A stretch of 64,000 nt of DNA from positions 9,858,001 through 9,922,000 of the forward strand of contig JBHGNT010000007.1 in assembly GCA_043228905.1 (NCBI GenBank). The letters are read 5' to 3'. The notes beneath the pieces were generated by a model that was not told where the DNA came from, did not search any database, and saw only the letters and a program-made list of their open reading frames with translations. A program made the position numbers and the translations under genes. Source of the DNA: Azolla caroliniana (lineage: Eukaryota > Plantae > Polypodiophyta). Below are positions 1 to 10,359 of the stretch, piece after piece. Within the stretch, counting starts at the first letter, position 1, and every line of letters starts with the position of its first letter.

Positions 1-1760
1 CACTTTGTGAGACGCTTAAAGGATCGATACACATGTTGTTGCATTTACCATGTACAAATGGGTTTTCTGAAGGAGTCTGTTAATCTACTACGTCACCATA
101 GCGCATCCCTAACTAATACAGTTTGCACATGTGGGTGCCCAATCTGTCGATCAAGCCCGCAAGAGAAGTGTAAATCATCTGAGCACGTTATCTCTTCCAT
201 GAGTTATTTATTAGATTCAATATTGTGTCCGAGAGAAACTGACGCTATCTTCCATATTCATAAATGTGTCATGGGTTTATGTCAAGATTGTGGCCCTACT
301 AGATTTAGGTGGTGTCCAAATGAATTTAGTGAAATATTGATCTCTGTGAAGTTATTTGAGTCAGTGAACACCAATTTCGAAGGAAAGGTGTGTAAAAGAA
401 AGGATCTAGTTCGGAAGATGCTTAAACCAAGGGATTTGGTGTCTCTGTTTGTAGTATCTCTAGGAAAGTTCATTAAACACAACTTCCTTTATTCATGGCA
501 GGCCCATCAGTTTAAGACTTGCATATCTGATTTCCCAAATGATGTAGTAGTCTCAGTAATAGATTTCGCAAAGAATTATACTTTCAAGCAGCAGAATGAA
601 ATTCAATCTATGCATTGGTGTTCAGTTGAGGTAACCATTTTGGTGCACATAACATATTTTCGAGTTTCAGGTGATGTTAAAAAAGTAATTCATTTCTTTA
701 TTTCCGATGATAAGAAGCATGATACCTTGTTCGTCCAACACTGTTTTAAGTTACATTGGCAGTGGTTATTAGCTCAACGTTTGGAGCTTACTCAACATTG
801 GGTCTGGTCTGACGGAGCTGCATCACAATTCAAGGCTCGACGTCCATTTTATTTTGTGGGGAGGTATCCTGCTATAACAGGTTTGGAGATGAGATGGAAT
901 TTTTTTGGGTCTGGCCATGGTAAAGGTGAACATGATGGTGCAGGGGCTGTTATAAAGCGGGCACTTACCCATGAACAACTAAAGACAGATGGTGTGCACA
1001 TGAATTGTGCATCACATGTAGTTGAATTTTTAAGAACAAATATGTCAACGAGTGCCACAGGTGTTTATTCCTCGCAAGTCCGAGATATCAAACGTGAATT
1101 TTGGGAAGTGAAGATAGATGAAGTAAATAGGGAGAAGACCCGGGAGTGCCAAGGAATTCCCGAATTGTGATCTCTGCATGCTGTTCACGGTTATTCCAGG
1201 TTGGATGGTCATGTATTGCGGTTAGAGAATTGACTTGTTTTTGCTTCCATTGTGTGCAGGGAAATTGGAGATATTGTCTAAACAAAGCATACATTCAGAA
1301 TTGGGAGTATCACACTCTGAATGATAAGGAATCAGTTGATGGAGAAATAGGGCAGAATGCTGACTTCACATATGAGGGACTTGGAGATACTTTGAGTGAT
1401 GTCCTGAACGTTGGGGATAACTTCGTTGTAAATGCTAAAGAAGGCAATTCAGAGGGTGCTGATTTCTATATATTAAAGTGCATGGTTAGTAAACAGTGTG
1501 CAAGGCAGAATATTGTCGATGCATGGGGAAATTTTGTATCTGTCGGGACATTCTACATCGAAGGCATTTTTTATGCAAAACTAGATGACTACGAATATGT
1601 GTACATGCTGTTAGAAGACAAACTAGCGGTGTACATGTACTCTCATTTGGTCAGGTGCATCAACGTCCCAATGTCAGAATACAATAGCTGCTCCGGTTTA
1701 TACACTGTTGGTGGTAATGTGTATGAATGTATTTACAATAGTATGCCATGGAATTTGTAG
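1..1760 (+). pseudogene. Sola-like (probably Sola2-type) DDD DNA transposase, disrupted; 5' end lies outside the window
   Basis: Motifs CxCxYH, C-rich region, DFAKNY, QSMHW, WSDGAASQFK, GHGKGEHDG and RELTCFCFHC. There is a premature TGA at 1168-1170 (probably from CGA; the frame continues SLHAVHGY) and a frameshift near 1205 into ORF 1146..1760. Confidence 0.75.
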
Positions 1761-2107
1761 CTACAAGTAGCACTTACCATGTTCTCTTGTAAAACAAACA
1801 TGTATTTCGCGAAAACAGTTAAATAAATTCGTTTGGAATCAATTTCTTGTATACAGTCTGCTTTCTGTGCTTCTTTCTCAATAAAATCATGTCTTTTTTG
1901 TTAAGTTTTAAGTTATAAGTTATAGCGAAATAGTCATCAGTAGCTAATTAGCTGTACAAATGCAGCTAATTAGCTGTCAATAGCTAAATAGTCATCAATA
2001 GCATGAAATCAACAATCTGCAACATATTCCTCAAATTACACAGTAGATAAGTACAGTGGGAACAAGTAATTAAATTCTTCATTGAATAATGTCATCTCTT
2101 TACATAT

Positions 2108-2650
2108 TTATAAATTACCATTGGAAATGTCTACAAATCTCGTATAAACAGCTAAGCTCTTGCTATTCAGTGGAACGAGTCTACATATATTATCCGCATA
2201 TCGAGCTCGGTATGGAGTCCACAACCATGCACCTAGTTGGCAGCTCACTGTTTGCATCAGGTACTGTTCAGGCATTTCCTTAGGTAGAATGAGACAACAT
2301 CTCCGAATATTGAAGTAGTGCCGGAAATGTTCTATATCCAAAATCAATGTATTGTCGGCATTATATTCAGGCCAAGTAGCCCAAAAATCAGAAAGTCTCT
2401 TGAATCTTGCAGCTTCCATTTGCTCACAATTTTCTCGTGCCCATTGACCTTTAAAACGACTTCGCCATTTTGGGAAGAATCTTGCCAAACACTTCCACAC
2501 ATCTGATTTTGGTTTTTCACTCCAAATAAACAAATCAAAGTATTGCACAGCCCACTCTAGAAACTGATTCGCGTCCCTCCTTGGCTACATATATCTCACA
2601 CTCATCAAGACTTTATCAAGCTCCAAGATCAAGGCTCTTCTTTCGACTTC
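2108..2650 (-). pseudogene. FCP1/NIF-like HAD phosphatase-homology domain (transposon cargo) with a degenerate catalytic motif
   Basis: Extending ORF 2108..2548 upstream in frame gives RALILELDKVL-MSVRYM*-PRRDANQFLEWAVQYFDLFIWS...NTLILD. This matches the FCP1-like pattern LVLDLDxTL...RPxxxxFL...FxxxxWT...NTLLID. One in-frame TAG near 2586. Confidence 0.6.
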
Positions 2651-3054
2651 TAGTGGTTTAGGTTTCCATTCCTGAAACTGAGCCGTTGTTACACCATTTT
2701 CTGGTAGGATACGATCAATCTCAATGTTCGGCCGACACAACTGGCATCCTTTTCCTCTTCAAACCCCTAGTCGACTGTGTTGGGCCTGGCTTCACATTTT
2801 GGTGCTCTTGTTTTGTCGACTTAGTTATCAATCCTTGGATTACCTCGGTGCATGTAGCTACTGATCTGCTCGATATCAGTCCAAAGAGTTTCAGTCATAG
2901 AACAACACTCTTCAAATTATCTTGGAAAAACATCATAGAGTTCCATTACATAATGTGGATCAAGCAACAACCAATCTGAGGTTTTACTTGTCCAACAGGA
3001 TAGTAAAACTTCATAAAACCCTAGAAAAATCCCTAAGCTAACAATCATATCCAA

Positions 3055-3564
3055 CTAAACAGTATTTCGCTCCACTACGTCTGGGCCCCTTGACCAAGTA
3101 ACTGGTCTTGTTCCCGATCGTAGCCCCTTCTTCAGCCTTTTTCTGGTTGGTTCCCCATTTAGCCTTGCTTCTTTCACCCAATGTGCAAGTGTGTCCTCCT
3201 CCGACAACCTTCCCATCGCCTCAGCAGCTAATTGCACATCAGCCATTTCTTGAACTAGCTTTTCAAGTACAGAGGGATCTGTTTGGACATTTTCAGTAGT
3301 TGGGCTAGGTGGGGTGGAATCAAGGTCTTGAGATTCGAAGAAATGTTGCATCAAGTGTTCATAAACATTGTTGTTGTGAACCTCAGTTTTACATGTTGTT
3401 TCCACTATTTCATGGCATTTCACATCGTTGCCTAATTCAGTACACTGTTCCAAAAGAATAAGGTGGAGCTGATCTGAAGGAGATGTGATAGCAGGACTCT
3501 TACTTTCAACCACGTTGGCAGGTATCCTCATCTGTTGCAGCGTCATCAGCACCAGACACATCAT
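3055..3564 (-). CDS. Unknown ORF or exon, probably part of the transposon cargo gene
   Basis: 169-codon ORF on the same strand as the RING and FCP1-like exons, with a candidate AG acceptor near 3590. No recognisable domain. Confidence 0.3.
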   Translation of the reverse strand: MMCLVLMTLQQMRIPANVVESKSPAITSPSDQLHLILLEQCTELGNDVKCHEIVETTCKTEVHNNNVYEHLMQHFFESQDLDSTPPSPTTENVQTDPSVLEKLVQEMADVQLAAEAMGRLSEEDTLAHWVKEARLNGEPTRKRLKKGLRSGTRPVTWSRGPDVVERNTV

Positions 3565-3599
3565 GTGCCGTCCTTAATCCACAAGATTCTACAATAACA

Positions 3600-4680
3600 T
3601 GGCAGCTATTTAGGATAGCTAATTAGCTACTTTACTAAACTATGGTAGAAGCTAGGATAGCTAATTAGCTAGTACGATAGCTAATTAGCTAGTATGATAG
3701 CTAATTAGGATAGCTAATTAGCTAGTACGATAGCTAATGAGCTACTTTACTCAACTATGGTAGTAGCTAGGATAGCTAATTAGCTACTATGGTAGCTAAT
3801 TAGCTGCTTTACTCAACTATGGTAGTAGCTAGGATAGCTAATTAGCTACTTTACTCAACTATGGTAGTAGCTAGGATAGCTAATTAGCTACTTTACTAAC
3901 TATGGTAGTAGCTAGGATAGCTAATTAGCTACTTTACTAACTATGGTAGTAGCTAGGATAGTTAATTAGCTACTTTACTAACTATGGTAGTAGCTAGGAT
4001 AGCTAATTAGTTACTAGGATAGCTAATTAGCTAGTAGGATAGCTAATTAGCTACTTTCTCAACTATGTAGTAGCTAGGATAGCTTATTAGCTACTAGGAT
4101 AGCTAATTAGCTGCCAGTAGCTATTTAGCTACTAGGATAGCTTATTAGCTACTTTACACAACTATGGCAGTAGCTAATTAGCTACTATGATAGCTAATTA
4201 GCTAGTAGGATAGCTAATTAATTGCCAGTAGCTAATTAGCTACTAGGATAGCTAATTAGCTAGTAGGATAGCTAATTAGTTGCCAGTAGCTAATTAGCTA
4301 GTAGGATAGCTAATTAGCTTTTTTACACAACAATGGTACTAGCTAATTAGCTAGTACCATAGCTAATTAGCTACTAGGATAGCTAATTAGCTGCTAGTAG
4401 CTAATTAGCTACTAGGATAGCTAATTAGCTGCTAGTAGCTAATTAGCTACTAGGATAGCTTATTAGCTACTTTACACAACTATGGCAGTAGCTAATTAGT
4501 TACTAGGATAGCTAATTAGTTGCCAGTAGCTAATTAGCTAGTAGGATAGCTAATTAGCTTTTTACACAACTATGGTACTAGCTAATTAGCTAGTACCATA
4601 GCTAATTAGCTAGTAGCTCATTAGCTGCCAGTAGCTAATTAGTAGGATAGCTAATTAGAAAAGACTAAGCTTATTAGCTA
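3600..4680. repeat. Degenerate tandem satellite built on the palindrome TAGCTAATTAGCTA
   Basis: Dozens of copies of (ga)tagctaattagcta with spacers such as ctttactcaactatggtag. Isolated copies also occur at ~1940-1985 and ~7900-7941. Confidence 0.95.
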
Positions 4681-5033
4681 CAGTATGGTATACCTATTAG
4701 TTTTCTCCACTCATTTGGTAGAGGTGTACTACAATCTCCCAAACAGAATGCAGCAATTCGACAGGCATGTTGAAAACAAAGCAGATGGTATGTGTGGTTG
4801 CATGGTTGTAGGTGAACCAACAAAGACGCAGTTTTGTCCTCCACACCTAACCCGCAAGCAATGCAACGTGCTTGAACTGTCAATAAATCATTTTCTGGTT
4901 CTACTTCATTTGGTAAGGGAGCAAGAATTTTCAGGTCCAAATCCTGTCTGGTCCTTACCATTCCCTCCACAAAATGTAGTTGCTTCTTAAGGCAGCTAAC
5001 TACCTGTTCTTGATGAATGTATTGTTCCTTCAA
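4674..5033 (-). CDS. RING-H2-like zinc-finger exon (transposon cargo)
   Basis: CIAC-x17-CNHTYHLLC-x10-CLGDC fits C3H2C3 RING spacing, and a coiled-coil-like segment precedes it. Confidence 0.65.
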   Translation of the reverse strand: MKEQYIHQEQVVSCLKKQLHFVEGMVRTRQDLDLKILAPLPNEVEPENDLLTVQARCIACGLGVEDKTASLLVHLQPCNHTYHLLCFQHACRIAAFCLGDCSTPLPNEWRKLIGIPYCS

Positions 5034-5285
5034 CGCAACAGAGAAATTTACCGATTAATTATTCTTGTTGTTGAAAGATACCCCAACTTTGCTCAGGAAT
5101 CGTTAACTTACTTGAAGCTTATCCAAATTGTAATCTGCAACAGTATTTACACCTAGAAGGTCCAGGTTCATTGAAAGAACCTGGATCTCTATTTGCAGTT
5201 CTATTTTACGCTGGGGATCCAGTGGCCCCTCTAATTCAAGCTCCTGTTGCGCAACCTATTCCAGATAATGCTTGATTAGCACATT

Positions 5286-6030
5286 TTACTCGTTATTTAT
5301 AACACAATCACATACCAGCAAAACAATAGTTACCTGAATCTTATTTCTAATTGTTGTAACAACGGAAGTAACTTTGCTCTCCATTGCAGAAGCCATTGTG
5401 GCTTTCTCTAAATCAGTCTTAAAAAATGCCAATGTCTCACAGGCTTCATGGACATTTTTTAGCATATAGCTAACCAATGTCTTACCTGTATCATCGACAT
5501 TGGCTTTCCTTGGGTGTCGGTGTGGTGTATGCCCCCGGTCTTGCTGGGAGTTAGCAGTTGCATCAACAACTGCCATGCTCCAAAATCTGTCTATTTTTTG
5601 TGCCAAGGTCCCCATCTTTCGGCATCTTTTTACCGATGCCTCACCATAGACTGCCCAAGCTACCCTATACATTTCAGGGTCTCTGGATTCCTTCGCTGTT
5701 TTGCAGTACTCATATGCAAATGCTCTAGCAAATGCTCTAGCAAATGAAACTGACAACTCATTGTTGACTGGGATCTCCTGATGAACTTTCTGGTGCAGTC
5801 TCATGCAGTCATCGTACAAGTCGGCTCGTACATGCTTCAGCTTGACCTTGCCTTTGACTCTAGGCACTGTATATACTGTCATCCAGTCTACATCACTGAT
5901 CAATTTATCACTTAGGACAACAGGGTCAACACCCTCGAGTGACAGACCATAGGTGTTGTGGAAGTCCTCCTTTGTCTCGCAAAATTTTGCGAAGTTTAGC
6001 ACTCTCGTATACGGAGGAACGAGCCATCTG
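5286..6030 (-). CDS. Upstream exon of the multi-exon cargo gene, unknown function
   Basis: 238-codon ORF with a TTTCAG acceptor near 6030 and a CAG|GTAAC donor near 5332 on the minus strand. Further donor-like sites lie near 6636 and 6788. Confidence 0.5.
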
Positions 6031-6044
6031 AAATATCATTTCAA

Positions 6045-6590
6045 AAATCAGAAATAGTGCAAAATTAGAATATGTGAGAATCAGAAACCCCAATCAACAA
6101 CAACAAAAATGGTGCAAAATCTTTAACTTAGCAAATCAGAAACCCTAATCATAATTTGTATTCAGAAATTTGAAGAAACCCTAATCAAAATCTGTAATCA
6201 GAAGTTTGAAATCAGAAACCCTAATCAAAATCTGTAATCAGAAGTTTGTAACCAGAAACCTTATTCAAAAATTTATAATCAAAAACCCTAATCAGAAAGT
6301 TCAATTAGAAACCCTAATCAGAAATTTCAATCACAAACCCTAATCAGAAATCCTAAACAGAAATTTATAAACAAAAACCCTATTCAAAAATTCTAATCAG
6401 AAATTCTAATCTGTAATCAAAATTTGTAACCAGAAACCCTATTCAGAAATTCTAATCAGAAATTTATAATCAAAAACCCTAATCAGAAATTTCAATCAGA
6501 AACCCTAATCAGAAATTTCAATCACAAACCCTAATCAGAAATTCTAATCAGAAATTTATAAACAAAAACCCTAATCAGAAACCCCAATCA
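6045..6590. repeat. Telomere-like tandem array (AAACCCTAATCAG units)
   Basis: Repeated aatcagaaaccct / aatcagaaattt units containing the plant telo-box AAACCCTAA. Confidence 0.9.
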
Positions 6591-6960
6591 TCACTAAAGA
6601 CAGGATTAAACACAAAAAAAGTAATATAAACACACCTGTTGCTACTCCCCGATTTGCGAGACATCCTTGTATAGGACTCCAAGGACTTCGCCCTATTCGA
6701 TTTTGGGGAAATATGAATCGGCACCAAAGTTCAGACAATAGTCAAAAAGAAAAAACAAATGTTTGGGGTTTCTGTAACTGAAACATACCTGGACGATGAT
6801 CGAGCGGGTTCTGTGTTGTAGCTCTCAATCTGCAATGTCGATTTTCTGTTGTTGCGGGAGCTACGTCTGCGTTGTCAGTGTAGTTGTGGTTTGTGCGGCG
6901 AAGTCGCAGGGACTAAGGTTAAGGGGAGTTGAAGGAACTTTTAGAAGGCTTGCGCGCAAA

Positions 6961-7697
6961 TGTTAGGAAGATAAAGGATATGAAGAATAATAGTTTAAAG
7001 TAATATGTGTGAGAGAGAGACTAGTATAGATAAAAGATAGAGGCAATGTATGATTCAAGACGCAAGATAGAGACAAAGTATGATTTAAGACAAAAAAGTA
7101 TATGATATGAACATGATGTGTATTACGAATACAAGATTTTACCAACTTTACAATGTTTGGTAGCAAGATGAACCCTTTCTCTACCGACCCTTGATTCGAA
7201 CTCTTGACTCCAACTTGGAAACACGAGCCTCTTCACCAACAAGCTAACTTGTTTGTTTTTTTTATTATCTTATTTCTCTAACTTTCTCTTGATTCCCTTG
7301 TTTTCCCTTTCCCCTCTTTATATAAGTGTTGCCATGGATATGGTAATGTATGGGAGCATGGCATGCATGCAATGCATGAGTTACATGTAATGCATGATCG
7401 CCATTTGGCGCACATGCATTGCATGAATGATGGCTATGTATGAAAATAGATATGGGATAAGTATAATGATGAAAATACATTCTAAAATAACTAACCTGGC
7501 TTAGTGGTGTATGCTTGGTGCTTTGTATACAAGGTTGAGGGTTCAAGTCCCTCAATTTTACTTAATACAATATATAGCTTCATTCTTATATCATGAAGCA
7601 CATTTATTACACACTTTTGTGGGTTCAAGTCTCTCAAATATTATTAAATACAACATTTAAGCTCATTTTTATATCGTGAAGCACATTCTTCACGACA
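6961..7697 (-). mobile_element. Solo-LTR-like insertion inside the Sola-like element
   Basis: Bounded by TG...CA. The right end reads TGTCGTGAAG on the minus strand, the same as the LTR start at 9288, and is followed by GCGT. It contains a tRNA-like A/B-box segment. No clean left TSD. Confidence 0.5.
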
Positions 7698-7959
7698 GCG
7701 TTCGTGCTCTAAGTACTCCATCTGCGTTCAAAATCAGACTTAGGCTAAACAGGAAATTGATGACATTGAAGTCAACCTTAGATGATGGTGCTATTCCCCA
7801 AGTTCCACTACGTCTGAAACAGAAGTTCAAATATTTGAGTTTTTTCATAAATTAGTTTTTCAAATATTTGATTTTCCCACAAAAAAGACTAGCTAAACAA
7901 ATAGCTAATTAGCTATGGCCATTTTAGTAGCTAATTAGCTATAATAGTGTTTCCACTCG

Positions 7960-10350
7960 CATGCTTTTACCCTCCTTTGGTGACACCCAAAAAGAAGGAC
8001 AGGAATGCCACGTCGAGTGGTGGTAAAAAAGAAAGAGCAAGTGTCGCTGATGACCAAATTGCACGAGAGTCCTTGGGCAGGTCATAGAGGAACATGGGTG
8101 ACATTCAAAAAGTTGAAGGAGAAGTATTGGTGGCAAAGCATGTACAAAGATGTACTCCATTTCGTGTCCACATGCGAAACTTGCCAAGTACATTCGAATA
8201 TACGTCATCGTGATGAGCTACGGTCGACATACCCACTCACCATACACTTCAAATGGATGGTGGATCTGGTCTCGATGCCAATGGGAGTGGGACAAATGAA
8301 GTACTTAGCTCTAGCAAGAGAAGACTTGACAAATCAAGTAGAAGGACAGGCATTCACAAATAAGACGACGTCAACAGTTTGCAAATTTCTACTCGAAGAG
8401 GTTCTCTGCCAATATGGATGTGTGGGAAAGATAGTGGCCGACCAAGGGGAGTTGGATGCACATGGAGCAACAGAGCTCTTCAAACGACTAGGCGTGAAGC
8501 TCTCCCTCACGACTACCTACAATCCAGAAGCGAATGGGAAGATCAAGCGAGGGCATGGACCAATCGTCAAAGCCATCGTACGATCATGCAATGGTCGAGT
8601 CGGGAATTGGCCACGACTATTGCCCTATGCCTTGTGGACCGACAGAACTACACATAGTTCAGTGACAAGGTATATGCCAACGGAGCTTATGTATGGACAA
8701 AAGCTAGTAATGCCCATCGAAAGAATGATCGCCTCATGGGTAGCAATACCATGGGAGAACGAGATGAGCTGAGAAGAATTATTAACGGCACGGATAAGGC
8801 AACTATGAAAGGAGACCTGAAGATCTAGAAAAAGTGCGAAAGATGATGGAGGCAGCCCGAGTGAAGAACAAAATTTAGTTCGACAAGACGCATCGACTGT
8901 GTCCCAAGAAGATCGAAGAAGGAGATTGGGTATTAGTCTACGACAACATCCTTGAAAATCAACACAGTACAACAAGAAAGTTCGCAAGAAGATGGTTTGG
9001 ACCGTATGTAGTGATAAGTGCCAACGATAATGCCACATACCACCTTGTGGAACTAGATAGATCAAGGTTGTCATACCCATTGCGGGAAAAGAGTAAAGAT
9101 TTTCAAGAAAAGACAAGATGAGGATCCTGACCTCGATCACCTCAATGATGAAGATAGTAGGACAGAACCTACAAACTTGAGTTATGTACACAAGGTCATG
9201 GAGGAATCTGATTGATCATCGTAGCCAAAATCTCACACTCTCTCTTCTTGGCACGTACCGGAGGACGTGCGGTTTGATGGGGATGGATGTCGTGAAGATT
9301 TTCGGCAACGGTGTGAAAATTGCATGGAATGTACAAAATTGAGTGCGGTTCTTCACACACAATATGAAACAATAATAATGAAGATATTATTTTATATCTT
9401 GGTATGAAAAGATGGATGTCTTCAAGAGCTTCTGAATGCATTTTACTACATGTGAAATGGATAACTTAGTGTCAAGTTATGTGAGTGTGAAGTTTGAGAA
9501 GAAGAAGAGAAAGACAAAACTGTGAGATATCCCACATAGATAGGACAAATAAAGATCCCATGGTATATTTCAGAGCCAGAACTTATCAGTTTATGTCTAT
9601 GAGTGGAGCACAGAATGTTCATGGGCTAAATTGTGGCTTAACTAGTTGTAATGGTTTTGACGGAACCAACATCGGCACCGGACGACAACGGAGCCGGAAT
9701 CGAAATCGGACGGCGACGGAGCCAGAACCGACATCAGCACTGGACGGCAACGGAGCCGGAATCGGAACAGACGGATGACGACGGAACCAAAACCGACATC
9801 GAAACCGGAACCGGAATGTATAAACTAGATCACCGAGTCAAATGCGGACCGGATAGACGGATCAATCGGATAGGTTGATCGCGACAATTTCGGTGTGAAA
9901 CGAACAAAATATCTAGACTAAAAAACCTAGTAAAAGTTTGTATATAAAGAGATGCAAGCAAGGCTTGAACCTTGCACCTCCAAGATAGGAGGCAATAAAC
10001 TTATCACTAAGCCAAGTCATTTTCTTAGAAATGTTTTTTCTATCATTATACCTTTACATGTAAATTCTCATATTAGAGCTTGATTGAGTGACATGGTTAT
10101 CATGCATCACATGTAATGCATGAGCGCCAAATGGCAAACATGCATCACATGCATTCCATGCATTGTATGCATGTGTTGTACCCTCACAAGCATCATATGC
10201 ATGGGGGCATCTATAAAAGAGTGGATAGAGAGGAAAAACGGGGGAGGTATTTTAATCAAGCAAGCTTTGTACTTTATATCAAAAATTAGTATCAAGAAGA
10301 AAATTCATTATATCAAAAATTTGAGATATCTTGTTCCTCAAATCTAAAGT
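7960..10350 (+). mobile_element. Ty3/gypsy remnant: integrase pseudogene, PPT and 3' LTR (starts 9288, right end uncertain)
   Basis: HESPWAGH...CETC zinc finger, integrase core (WMVDLV, IVADQGE, YNPEANG) and stop codons. PPT GGTTTGATGGGGATGGA at 9271-9287 is followed by TGTCGTG. Confidence 0.85.
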
Positions 10351-10359
10351 AAAGGGTTC

